Shown here: piece after piece, positions 51,868 through 64,000 of the stretch
Position numbering within the stretch: position 1 is the first letter of the stretch
Layout of the letters: each line of letters starts with the position of its first letter
Origin: Antechinus flavipes
Taxonomy: Eukaryota
Assembly (NCBI RefSeq): GCF_016432865.1
Contig: NC_067401.1
Location: 283,650,001 to 283,714,000 of the forward strand
Direction: 5' to 3'
Length of the DNA stretch: 64,000 nt
Notes under the pieces: generated by a model
What the model was told of the DNA's origin: nothing
The model's input: only the letters and a program-made list of their open reading frames with translations
Database searches by the model: none
Program-made: the position numbers and the translations under genes

Positions 51868-52016
51868 TAATGATAGTTTTTTATTTTCAAAATATATGCA
51901 AAGATAGTTTTCAACATTTGCTTTTGCAAAACCTTGTGTTCCAAATTTTTCTCCCTTCCTTCCCCCTTCCCCCTTCCCTAGACAGCAAGCAATCCAATAT
52001 ATGTTAAACATGTTCA
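51868..52016 (-). mobile_element. L1 tail inserted in an L2 3' end
   Basis: 15-bp TSD AGAATATAAGCTTTT at 51853-51867 and 52017-52031. Confidence 0.85.
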
Positions 52017-53290
52017 AGAATATAAGCTTTTGAGTGCAGGAACTATTTCATTTTTCCCCCCATGTTATTTCCAGCATTAGTCACAGTAGGCATTTGTTGA
52101 TGAAGTTACTGGTTGTTTATGGTCAAAGCTGTATTAACTGTGGTTATTTAATGCTATTATTTTTAATAATCCAAATAATGTTTTTCATCTTTGCTTCTGA
52201 TAGTAAATTTGTGATTATACCTGAAAAGTGAAGGTGAAATATTATTTTGTCTGCCACAAAAATACTAGTTAGACTAATTATTTCTTTAAATTCTTCTGTA
52301 ATTGAATGTTATGTACCAAAGCTCCTCTCAGAACATTTCATCTTTGGAGGTTTTCCCTTTCATGTTATACCTGTGGTATATTCATCCATGGAATAGTTTC
52401 CCCTCTCCTATTAAAACAAAGGCATTGCATCATGAATTACAGGGTCCTCCTTCCTTTTAATCAGAGTCACTATTTTAATTGTAGTGACTCTCAGTAGTAT
52501 CTTATAATACTCCAGAAACCAGGTTGTAAAATATTTTGATCTTTATTAAATATTTAATGATTAGACAGATCGCTTGACTTTCTGGCATTAGAGGATGTGT
52601 CTTGCATTCATGTCCTGACATAGGAGCTGAGGTTTTTATGTTGGACAGGGTTGTGTCTTGAGCTCTATTAGAATTCTTGTTTTACTCATTTTTCATAATT
52701 GATGCTTATGCTGTAACCCCATTTAACATAATACTAATTAGCATTTATGTAGTTCTTTAAGGTTTGCAAAACTATTTTTATATATAATTGAATTTGATCC
52801 TCACAACAACCCTGTAATGATAGAGCTTTTGTTATTCCCATTTTGCAGATAAGGAAACTGAAGATGAAAGGTTATGGAAAGGGTCACAGGACAAATAAGT
52901 ATTTAGAGGTTGGATTTGATCTCAGGACTTCCAAACTTCAAGTTCAGTTCTCTGATTACCTACCTGCCTAATATACATATAAATAAATAGATGTAAGACT
53001 TGTTAGCACTTAAACATTTTTTTCCTTCTACTTAACCTCTCAGATTTTAGTATTTTATCCTAAGTAAGAGTTCACAAATTGATTCTGCCTGTACATGTTA
53101 GAAGGCAAGGAACAACAAAGAAAAAATTGTAAAAAAATTTTGGGGGAAATTATGCCCATGATCTTTAACAGATATGTGTGTGTGTGTGTGTGTGGTGTGT
53201 GAGAAATAGCATAACTTTAAAACTAATTGGTTTGTATGTCTTTTAAAGAAATTATATCTCAAGTAACTCTTACTGTTTCATTTCTTACAG

Positions 53291-55613
53291 TCCAGCCAAA
53301 CCCAAACATGTGGAGCTGAATTTCAAAGCCCCCAAGAATCTTGAGGGCTTGGGAAATGATCATAATCCATTTAACCAACCAGTTCATAAAGGAAATACAG
53401 CCAACAAGATTTCCTTATTTGAAAATAAGCGTGCTAGCAATAGCCCAAGACACACAGATAACCGAAGTGTGAAGAGTGTACCTTCAAAGACCTTTGTTGG
53501 TAGAGCAAAGCTTAATTTAGGGAAAAAAGTCAAGGAAAGTGAGCAACCTGAAAAGAAAGGAAATATGCAAAACAATCACCCAAATGGTGGCTTATTGAAA
53601 GAAGCCTCCGCAGAAAAGAATATTCCACCAGAAAATGATATTCTGCCAGCAACTACAAATCATGGGGAGACTGTTGATTGTCAGGTGGGCCACACTGAGA
53701 AGGCAGATGTTCAAAGAGACCCTGCTTGCCCTTTGGAACAAACAGGTGCTACTCAGATTCCAACTAAGGACCCAGAAATCCTTGGAGAAAACAATTTGGA
53801 GACTGTCAACAGCACAGCACTTGTGTTAGAAAACAAGGTTGACCTTGATCGGGATAATAAAGATTCAGCTCAAACAGTCCCATTAAAGCCTGATGCAGAT
53901 GTTCTCAACTTGCATCCTACAGTAGAGATTTCTCATAGTCCTTCGAACCAGCAGCTAGCATCTGTTTCCATGGCAACTAATGGTAATACCTCTGTAAGTT
54001 GTGATGGGGATACATCCCTGGCTAATAACAATTCTAGCACTGATGTGAAAAAACAGTCCCAGCCATCGTCAGCTTCCATAGGTCATACAAAGTGTGACTT
54101 GCCTGTCTCATGTGAAAATGAAAACAAAATGACAGTAACTGAACTTGGTGACAAAATTGCTGTGTCTGCAGAGCAGGATTTATTAAACACAGAAACTAAA
54201 TCGCCATCCAAAGTTCTTGTCCAGGTTAGGTCTTTTATGTTACCCGTGGAAACTGCTCAGGGTCGAGCCCCACATATCATTTTAGGTAGCTCAGAAGTCG
54301 AAGAAGTTCGATTGACAAGTTACTATAATGATGAAAATGAAGGGGATTCTTCTCACAGCTGCACTTATGTAAAAAATGAGGGGCCAGATAAGACCACCTC
54401 ACCCAAGGATGTAGAATGTGGAGGAGAGCACATAGAAAAATCTGGCCTACAGTCTGAGCCTTTGGAGTCAGAGAAAACTATGTCTACATCGACACCAAGT
54501 AATGACAACAAAATAGTTAGGGGAACTGAGTCAAGCCCTACCAGCTCACCTAGAAGCAAAGGCACTTTAGAACTTTTATCAAATCAAGTCTTCAAAGATG
54601 CTGAGAGCAGTCCTGCCAGTGTTATGAATGTTTCTGTTGGGAGTGATGACAGTTCTTTTGATTCTTCTTCTGATATGGAAAAATTCACAGAAATCATTAA
54701 AAAGATGGACAGCTCAATTTGTGTACCCCAGAAGAAAAAAAAGGCCAGGGTACCAAACTCTCCTGCTCCCCACTTTGCCATGCCCCCTATTCATGAAGAC
54801 AATTTAGAAAAAGTGCTTGATCCCAGTGTGTTTACTTTTGGACTGGGGAAAAATAAAGAAAGCCAGCAAGACATGTCACCAGGTATGCATCTCCTCCAAG
54901 GTCTAGATTTAAAATCTAAATTGAGACCTAAGCGTACTTCTGCAGAACAGAGCATTCTCTTCAAGTCTGGGAACACTCCTAGTAAAAATGAATTCGTGGA
55001 ATGTTCAGATACAAATGGAAAGGAAAATAGGGATGTCATAAACAGTGGAATTAAGAGATCTAGGCTAGAAAAAAGTGCTCTTTTCTCCAGCATGTTATCT
55101 TCTTCCCCTGTACCTAAAGAAAAAGTCTTCTCACCATCAGTGACATCAGTCAACACAATGACCACATCTTTTGGCACCTCCCAGAACAGTTCTCTTCTGC
55201 CAAAGTCTGATTCTGATGGAATATCAGGTCTTTCCACTCATCCCAGTGTTTCAGAAAATGAACTTCACAAACCTGCATCTGCCAACTCTTCAAAGATCTT
55301 TAACTTTGACTCATCAAGTAAATCACTTTCAGGTTTAAGAAGCCCAAACTATGTGGAAAAATATTTGCAAACAGTTGAAACTAAGAGAGATCCAGATTCA
55401 AGAAGCAACGTGACGTTACCAGAAACTAGACTTTCAGAACTTTCCAAGAATAAGAACAATAATGGTGTAGAAAAATCGAATTCATTTGAAAATGCTCTTA
55501 AATCACAGATGCCAAACTATGGAAACACTGATACAGATTTCATGAGTTATTTGAAATCTAGTATATATGAACCAAATATTTCCCTAGCTGGAATGTCATT
55601 ATCAGACAATCTG
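53291..55613 (+). CDS. CRYBG1: CRYBG1/AIM1 2323-nt coding exon (PAKPKHVEL...SLSDNL), disordered region
   Basis: Acceptor tttcttacag ends at 53290; donor CTG|gtgagc at 55613/55614. Open frame throughout. Motifs NPFNQPVHKGNTANKISLFENKR, SSSDMEKFTEIIKKMD, PHFAMPPIHED and KRSRLEKSALFSS match recalled human AIM1. Phase agrees with the preceding donor (CT+T = Leu). Confidence 0.97.
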
Positions 55614-58600
55614 GTGAGCAAAAACTTTTTCTTGGAGAGAAATTGTCTTTTATTGTGTAAGGCTATACTAACATGACTTTATAATAACAATGATAGCTAA
55701 CATTTATATTACTATATACATTACTATATACTATATACATAGTAATATGTATCAGGTACTGAGCTAAGAGCTTTACAATTATTATCTTATTTGAGCTTCA
55801 CAAGAATCTTGGGAGGCAGGTGTTATTATTATCTTTATATTATAGTTAAGGAAACTGAGGTAAACTGATTTTTTTAAAGTGATTTTCTAGAGACACACAG
55901 TTAAGTGAATGAAGTCAAATATGAACTTCCTGATTCTAAACCTGGTTCTTTATTTGTCATATTTTATCTAACAAAAGGTAGCCCAAAATAGTAGGTGGGG
56001 ACAAGCTAGTGTTGAAATCTGGAAGACCTGGGTTCCTAATATGTAGTCTAATATATATAGTGAGATCACTGCTCAGCTTTGAAGAAAGTCTTTGAGTTTC
56101 AAAGAAGCTGCTGAAGTAAATTGATGGGATTCCCTGGAGAGCACCCTATGTTATTGAAAATACAGGAACAGTCCTATTCCTATTCATCAAATGGAGGTAG
56201 GGTGGGGTGGAGAGAAGGGAAATTAAATACTACTCTTTTGGAAGAATAGAGCAGCAAAATGCTCATTTGTCTCATTCTGCCAGCCCTTCCACCCTAGTGG
56301 TTTAGACTTAGGATTCTGAAGAAGCCTAAAAGAATTCGCTTCAACCAGCTGAGGTCTGAACCCCTTGTATTTTAATTTAATTTTTTCCTCCCACAAAAAA
56401 TAAAAAATGTGTGTTAATCCTGTCCTCTTGAAAATGGATTATCTTTTTTGTTGAGAGTTAAGATTTTCTTCAAAGAAACAATTTCTCATTGAATAAGCAT
56501 TGAGAAGAGTAGATTTATATTTATAATAGAGCTTTTTCCTTTAGATTGTTACAGTGATGTGTCCATATATGATTTTTTTTTGAGAGTAGGTATGATCTAA
56601 ACAGAAGAAGTTTATACTATTTCACCTTTATCTTTTCCTATTACATGGAAGCTTGGCCTTTGTAAAATAACTTTGGCTTTGCCTTAATTGAGGCACTTTG
56701 TAAGCAGAAAGATACTGAAGCTTGGTCTTCAAGTTAATGAATACAATGAAAGAGAGAAAAAGAATAAAACTTTACGTGGTCAACTCACCTAGCATGGAAG
56801 CATGGGGATATCTTCTTTGAAGGCAAGAGGTTATTCCTGAGAAACTAGAATATCTGGATGGTTAGGTCCATAATTTAATCACAGCTCACTCAGGCAAAAC
56901 ACACACACACCATGTGCAAAGCACTCTGCCCGATTTATATATATGAAAGAAAAAGAAACTCTTAATGATTATACTGTCAGTACCTTTATCTGTTTACTTA
57001 AAATATAGAGTTGAATCTTGAGTAATTGTTCAAAACAAACCACCCTATTCATCATCATTTCCCTTTCCTTGCAAATAGCATTCAAAAGTTGTTAGGTTTT
57101 CCAATGTTTTCTCTAGACTCCAATTATTTGCATAGCTTCTACCCATAGTGCTGTGGCTTCTTCTAGTCATGCCCCATTTCTTCCTGAGATTCTTATTTTA
57201 CTTAGGTTCAGAGAGCAAGAACAACTATTGATAGAAAGTCTAATTTTTATTAAGTCTCTGGAAAATGAAGCTAGAAAGGAACAGGAGAATGTATCCAATA
57301 GTTTTTAGGTTGGTCTTTTCATTCTATCTACTGCTTGATTCTATTATTAAATTATTCTTTCACTATAGGATTGCAAAATATCAGGGGGACTTCAGGGGTC
57401 ATATAGTTCAACCACATCTGAAAAAACATTCCCATTACTATATATACTTAAGGGCCACAAATAGAATAGTATTTTCCCTTGAAACTCTCTTAACTAGTCA
57501 GCCTCTCCCCTCCCTCTGCAGATATTGATAGGCACTCACAAAATCATAGAATTTTAGAGTTGATAGGGGATCTCAGTGGCCAAATAGTCTACTTAGCAAA
57601 GGGCATCTGGTCTAATCTGTATCTAAAAAGGAATCTCCAATGTAATTTATTCCAAAAGTGATCATCCAACCCCTACAGATCCCTCCTCTGGCAGCACCAG
57701 CTGTTGGAAATTTGTCTTAGTATCTAACTTTAAGATGTAATTTTGTAACTTCTGTTCATTGTTCCTTGTTTCTTCCCACTTCTGAACATAGAAGATTAAT
57801 TTCATGTCCACAGAGTTCTCCAAATATTTGAAAAATGGCTCCCATGTCATTGTCCTGAACTTTCCCTGTTTCCTCTTATAGGATAACAAGACTAGTAAAG
57901 GGCCATGTAAAACTCAGTTTCAACTTAGTTTGGCCCAGGTCCAATTCAAAGTGAGATTGTATCATGAAGAAGAGGTAGATTAGACTTGTTTTATTGCATT
58001 CTAGATGGTCAGTGGTGGGTAGAAATTGCAAAAGCTTTGGACTTGGTGTCTGGAGAGATTTTTTAACACTTGAAGTTTCCCAGCTTGGAATTGCTGTAAT
58101 TGGGAAGTGGGTTTGTTTATTTGTTTGTTTATTTATTTATTTTGACTATTCTAGTTGATTTGGATGTTTGTCTGTTTCTTGTTTTTGGTTACTGCCAATC
58201 TTTCTACATTAGCTTATTTTTATTCCTCATGATTTAAAATTGTAAGCTAAATTTGTCTTAATACTTTCAGTTCAGCTACTGCTGAGATTTCCTCACCATC
58301 TTTCAATTTCTATCCACACCTTATGGTGATACATATTAGGCTGAGAGAGCAGATGAAAGGCATTTTTTAAAACTTTTTTTTTTCTTAGCAGGACTCCTGG
58401 TCAACATTGAAAGTAGTACATGTTTTGCAACATTTTTACATGTATAATTAGTATTTTTATTATTACATGCTTAACTAGTTTTACAAGTCTTGTCAGAGGA
58501 TTTTGAAAATGATTATTTCTGAGGTCACTTAATCCATTTGTTTAATATTTATTTAATAAATATTTCTTGCGGTGGTGGGGTAACCCATTTTATCTTCTAC

Positions 58601-58682
58601 CAATTTTATAGGTAAGGAAGGTAGGGTTTTATCATCCTAAGTTTTTAGTGGGCTAACCCATCAGTTTTTAAGTGGGCTAACC

Positions 58683-59012
58683 CAAAGTTTCTTAAACTGT
58701 GAGTTGTGACCTCATATGCAGTCAAGAAACTGAATGTAGGGGTTGTGAAAAATTTGGCAACCGTGAAAGGTATAAAATATTCCATCAAGATTTCATTCTT
58801 TATGTAAAAATAAACAAGCTCATCTATCTCATTAGTATACAAATTTGCTTTTATCTTTAATAATTGGTAAAATTACATGTATACTAAAGACTTGTTTTAA
58901 AATAAATTTTGATGATTTAGTAAATCTATTTTTTTATTCTGTATACTCTGGATCATGTAAAAATTTTTCAGGTGAAAAGGGTCACAAGTAAAAAAAAGTT
59001 TAAGAAGCCCTA
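58683..59012. mobile_element. hAT-Charlie-like MITE
   Basis: Imperfect TIRs caaagtttcttaaact / agtttaagaagcccta; subterminal gggtcacaag. Confidence 0.65.
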
Positions 59013-59686
59013 GGTCAGCCAACATTTTATTATAGTTGATAGTTGACTTATATGCTATTAGACATCATTTAGGAGAAAAAAAGGCAGTTATAATTCAAAC
59101 TGATAAGATAGAAACCTTTAAAATGGCAGTGACTTAGATAGAATAACTCAGACAATAATAATAATTCACCTTTATGGAGAATTTTAAGGTTTTCAGAGAG
59201 CCTTCTTTAGAATGATCCTGTGAGCTAAAAACAGAAATATATTGTCTCCATTTTACAGATGAGGAAAAGGAGACTCTGTGTGTTTAAGAGAATTCTCCAA
59301 GATCATGCAACTACTAAATATCCAAGGCAATATTTGAATCTAATTTTTTTTGCTCCCAGTTCCATATCTTTATTTCTATACTGTGATGGCAGTTCCCATC
59401 ATTAGAAGAATGACACATGTTGAACTTATGTCATATTGCTTACTGTTTTGAGGGAGGGGAAGAGGAGAGGAGAGGGAGAAAAATTTGGAACACAAGGTTT
59501 TGCAAATGTTGAAAACTGTTTTGCATGTACTTGGGAAAATGAAATAGTGTTAAAATAATAATTTAAAAAGTCAGTCTAAGATATAAGGTATAATTTGTAG
59601 TCTTTTATAGAAAAGATAATAGGAAGAAAAGAATGTTATACAAAATTCTGATCATTTGTCCTATTTTTTTATTTGCCTCATTCCAG

Positions 59687-59734
59687 GTATTTAATAGAAG
59701 TATGCAAAATAAAATCAATCCTCGACCTGGCAAG
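59687..59734 (+). CDS. CRYBG1: CRYBG1 48-nt exon (VFNRSMQNKINPRPGK)
   Basis: ttccag| acceptor and AAG|gtaaga donor, phase 0 at both ends; matches the recalled human QNKLNPRPGK linker. Confidence 0.95.
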
Positions 59735-59814
59735 GTAAGATATCTATAACCTGCCCTGATTAATAGTTTGTTAAAGTTGAATGAAACCTGATACAATTGG
59801 GACTATCTTAACAG

Positions 59815-59933
59815 GTGGTGATATATAGTGAACCCACTTTCTCGGGGAACTGCTTTGAAGTGTTCAGTGATATTCCTGATTGTACCTCTTGGAGTCTGTC
59901 ACCAGTGATCATTGTAAAAGTAGTTCGAGGATG
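59815..59933 (+). CDS. CRYBG1: CRYBG1 119-nt exon, first Greek-key motif of crystallin domain 1 (VVIYSEPTFSG...KVVRG)
   Basis: cttaacag| acceptor and TG|gtaaga donor; beta/gamma-crystallin signature YxxxxFxG. Confidence 0.96.
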
Positions 59934-60319
59934 GTAAGAAATGTTTTTTTAAGATCTTTTTCACTATCTGTATTTCACTATTTTTCCTCATAAACTTTGT
60001 TTATAAAACTAACTTGGTAGGACCATACGACTTATAAGTTTCTTCCAAATAAAATACCTCATAATTTCATAAAATCCTCCTGGCTTTACTTATTCTTTAT
60101 GTGATGAAATTTATCATCATAAATATCATATCCTTAAAATGTTAGTATGGAGTGAAAATGGCTATGCAGTGAATATCTAAGATCATTTTGATCAACAGAA
60201 TAGTGTTTTATTCATATCCAGTTATATCTTCCTAGTTGTTTTTAATTGGGCGGTATAGATAAATTAAATTTGTCAGAAAATGTGGTTTATCTGGGTTTGT
60301 TCTATGCCCAAACACCAAG

Positions 60320-60570
60320 TTGTTGTTGTTCAGTCAGTTGTTTCATTTTTTGTGACTCCATTTGAGGTTTTCTTGGCAAAGACATTGAATGGTTTGCCAT
60401 TTCTTTCTCTATCTCATTTTACTGATGAGGAAACTAAGGCAAACAGAATTAAGTAACTTGCCCAGAGTCACCCAGCTAGTAAAACTATGGGGCCAGATTT
60501 GAACTCAATCAAGAAGGCAAGTCTTCCTTTCTCTAGGGGTAGGGCATTCTACTGTGCCACCTAGCTGCCC
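60320..60570 (-). mobile_element. MAR1-like SINE
   Basis: Reverse-complement RTE-type tail, CORE and head. Confidence 0.8.
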
Positions 60571-61019
60571 AACTGAAGATATTTGTTTAAAATTTTATTT
60601 GACTTGTTATTTTTTCCAAGAAAAGTTAGTTTTCATTTTTTTAAAATGAGACTTCAAAGCAACCTTGAAGGAGGAAAAACTTTGCCAGCCTTCAAATGTT
60701 TTTCCAGTTTACTCTCTTTGAGGAGCTGGCAAGTAATTGAATAAAAAAAGGGAAAATTCTACAAGATCCAACTAATTGTTTGGTATAAATAGTCATCTTT
60801 ATTAGTGAGTCTGTTTGAAGTATCATTAGAATTATTTTCTGATTTACTTATTTTCCATTTGAAATGGCTAAAGTATTTCATTTGGTATTCTTTTAATATA
60901 CGTGTCTATGTCTGTGTTATATTGCAGAAAAATTGATGTACTTTTCAACATATTAAATATACCTTCATTTAAAATAACTAATAATAAATATTGATGTCTT
61001 TTGTTTTTAATTCATTCAT

Positions 61020-61990
61020 TTTTAGAAATATTCCCTTTTCTTCCCTTTAAGATTTACTCACTATCTCTGCCTTTTTGTAACAAAGAAAAAGAGAGCAAAA
61101 GCTTTCAAAAGAGTCACTGCTTTTAAAAATGTATACAACATTCTTCCCTGCTTTTCTCTCACAAGGGAATGTAAACATAGCAATTTTTTAAATAAAATTT
61201 TTGTTTTCATTAATGAAAATCTATTTTCTCTTCCTTTCACCTGTCTCTTCTTCCCCAAATTGAGAAAGAAAACCAAAAAAAAAAAAAAAAAAAGAAAGAA
61301 AGAAAACCCAAAGTCCTAAAGCCTTTGGAATAAATATGCATTGACAATCAAAACAAGTTTTCCCATTAGACATTAAAAAAAAAAAAAAAAACCCAAACAA
61401 CTTTTCAATATGTCCTCTGAGTTAATCACTTCTCTTCAGCAGAGGTAGCATGTTTCATCAGTCCTTTAGAATTATGTTGATAATTTCATTGATTTGAATT
61501 CTAAAGTCTTTCAGAAGTTATTATCTTTCCAATAATATTGAAACTGTATACATTGTTCTCCTGGTTCTGCTCTTTTCACTTTGCATCAGTTCACGCAAGT
61601 CTTCTCAAGTTCCTCTAAAACCATCCCTTTCAGCATTTTTTACAGCCAAATAGTATTACATTCCATTCCTGTACTATAAATTGTTCAGTCATTCCCTAAT
61701 TGATGGGCAACTTTTTAGTTTCCAATTCTTTGCTTTTGGAAATTGGGCTGCTATAAATATTTTTGCACATATATTCCTTTTTATCTGATCTTTTGGCCTA
61801 GTGGTTTTTGCATAGTTTAATAACTTTGGACATTATTCTAAATTGCTTTTCAGAATGGCTAGACCTATTCACAGCTCTATCAACATTCTATTAATGGACC
61901 TGTTTTCCCCACATCCCTTTTGGCATTTATCATTTTCCTTTTTTGTCAGTTTTGCCAGTATTATGGGTGTGAATTAGAACTTATAGTTTA
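61020..61990 (-). mobile_element. Old L1 3' end (ORF2 end and 3' UTR)
   Basis: Antisense L1 motifs (ttgatgggca...ttccaattctttgc, ccccacatcc). Confidence 0.75.
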
Positions 61991-62995
61991 AACTTAGCTC
62001 TTTTAAGGAAAAGTATCGTTGTCCTTTGTCCTTCATTTAAGACAATAAAAACTAGAATAATCACACAACTAATTACAAGATTTCAATTACTGTTTTATAT
62101 TATATTTTTGTCATTTTTAATATAATTTACATTAAATTTTCCCTTTTTATTTATTGATGGTGTTTTTATACAGAAAACATCACCAGCATTTTATTTAACA
62201 ATGCCACTAATATTTCAACTACAAATTAATCAGACTTATTTTTCTTAGTATTTATTAACTAAACCAGACTGTTTCTGAAAAGTGGAAATATCAGAGCTCA
62301 ACACATAGGATGTATGTTTGCATATACAGAAAAAAGAAAAAGATTGCAGAAAAGATAGCTTTATTTGGATCCTTGTTAATTGCAGATCTATCTATGTTAC
62401 CTGGCACATTTGTCTAGTTTCAGTGAATTAATAACAGCTCAGTGTTCTCAGGATAACTTTATTCAACCAATAAGTTATTTATGAAGCAGCTCAACACTGT
62501 ATGCCAGGAATTGTCTTGGGTTCTGGATATACAAAGTTGTAATTTGCTCTCAAGGAACTTATATCTTTTAAGGGTATCCTAAACACCTTGAGTTTCTGAA
62601 ACACATTCTGAATCTCCAGAAATTAAGTTTTAGCATTAGAAATTACATTTTGGTATTATATTTAAGAATGTATTTGCTCTTTTATTTCTTCACTCTTCCG
62701 GAGGAAACTTCCTTTATCAATTCAGATCAGTAAATGTTCTCTTATTTATATTCTCAGGTAATTTTTGAAGAATCTCAGAGGCTTAGTTATTTCTCCAGAG
62801 CCACATAGTTGGGATGTCTTGACTTCAAGGGTAGCCTTCTGTTTACTCTGTCATTACTGCTTGCTCAGTTGTAAATATTATACTGTTTTAATTTTTCAAA
62901 AGACGGTATGCAATGTATGTTATAAATGCCAGTCTTCCATTACCTAATACATTCCCTCGGGATAACAGAAAGAATACCATATCTTTCCTTTTTAG

Positions 62996-63161
62996 CTGGA
63001 TTTTGTATGAGAAGCCAAATTTTGAAGGAAATTCAGTTCCTCTGGAAGAGGGAGAGTTGGAGTTATGTGATCCCTGGGGAGTGGAAGATAGTTCTGCAGA
63101 AAGTGAAGAGAAAGAATCTGCTAAGCCCCTTGTGATTGGTTCAATAAGACATGTGATTAAG
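62996..63161 (+). CDS. CRYBG1: CRYBG1 166-nt exon, second Greek-key motif (C/WILYEKPNFEG...VIGSIRHVIK)
   Basis: tttcctttttag| acceptor and AAG|gtaagt donor; TG+C completes Cys; crystallin signature WILYEKPNFEG and SIR. Confidence 0.96.
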
Positions 63162-63449
63162 GTAAGTTAGAGTGAAATCCAATTGTAAAAATAAATTCCA
63201 TTTTAATATCATTAATTCACATTTACACAATTCCCTAAGGTTTATTTATAAGGCAGTTTGTATACCTGACCCCATAAGCTTGACATTGCCAGAATTATCT
63301 CCATTTTACAGATAAGGAGACTGAGAATTGCAATGTCAGGACCTGAATTCAAAGACATAACTTTTTCACCTCAAATTCTAATACACTATCTATTCCTTTA
63401 TGTTATCTTCTATAAGGCATAAAAGTGAGTGATGAAATTTTGGATAATT

Positions 63450-63585
63450 CTTTTTTTTTGGAGGCAATTTGGTTTAAATTGTCTTGTCCAGGGTTACATG
63501 TCCAGTAAATGTCTGGGACTAGATTTGAACTCAGGTCTTCCTGATGTCAGGGCAGGTGTTCTATACATAATGCTACTGAGGTGCT
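63450..63585 (-). mobile_element. WSINE1-like SINE
   Basis: Near-perfect TSD TTTTGGATAATT (63438-63449) / TTTTGGATTATT (63586-63597). Confidence 0.75.
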
Positions 63586-64000
63586 TTTTGGATTATTGGA
63601 TTATTTTTATGAAACTTATATGTAATGGTTTTTAAAAATCAAATATTTATACATTCTAATTATTTGTTTAGGGAAAATGAAGGGAACATTCCCTTTCTAT
63701 TCTAAGTGAATAGACTTTTGTATTAATGTAATTCTTATTAGTGTTCAGTTTATTTTTCCATCTTCTTGAATATTTATTTATTTTAATTGTTTTTTCCCCA
63801 GAATATTTATTTTTGCAAAAATACTTTGTCTTTAACTTGTTCCATGAAAACACAGTTTTGTTTATTTTTATTTGTGTACTGCTTGAACTTTGGCAACCTC
63901 TGGTACCTAAGAATATCAAATATAAAACATCCAAAATTAAATTGCTAATTAAGATTTCCCTTAAATTTAAATCTGAATTTTTGAGATTGAGTGAAATTCT

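Noticed and set aside
54791-55237. 148-aa antisense ORF and other minus-strand ORFs over the CRYBG1 exons
   Set aside because: Shadow ORFs of the coding strand with no independent features.

Overview
Repeat-rich, AT-rich vertebrate DNA, almost certainly marsupial and probably dasyurid (inferred from WSINE1-like, MAR1-like and MdoRep1-like retroposons and marsupial-type L1 3' ends). It comes from a scaffolded assembly with three N gaps. The only host gene is CRYBG1 (AIM1, absent in melanoma 1) on the + strand, with five consecutive coding exons: 41883-43536, 53291-55613, 59687-59734, 59815-59933 and 62996-63161. They encode the long disordered N-terminal region and the first beta/gamma-crystallin domain. 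I found no upstream or downstream exons in the window, so 1-41882 is probably one large intron filled with L1, L2, CR1/L3, CORE-SINEs and hAT MITEs. Main points for follow-up: (1) a 1-bp frameshift at about 43209-43212 in the first visible exon, most likely an assembly error but testable; (2) a GC-box/TATA-like candidate internal promoter about 1.5 kb upstream of that exon; (3) a young L1 with a TSD-enclosed double poly(A), suggesting a short 3' transduction; (4) a 76-bp dispersed local duplication; (5) an unannotated ~69-bp minisatellite. I found no convincing evidence for a wholly new biological system. Repeat family names and human protein comparisons are from recall and were not database-checked.
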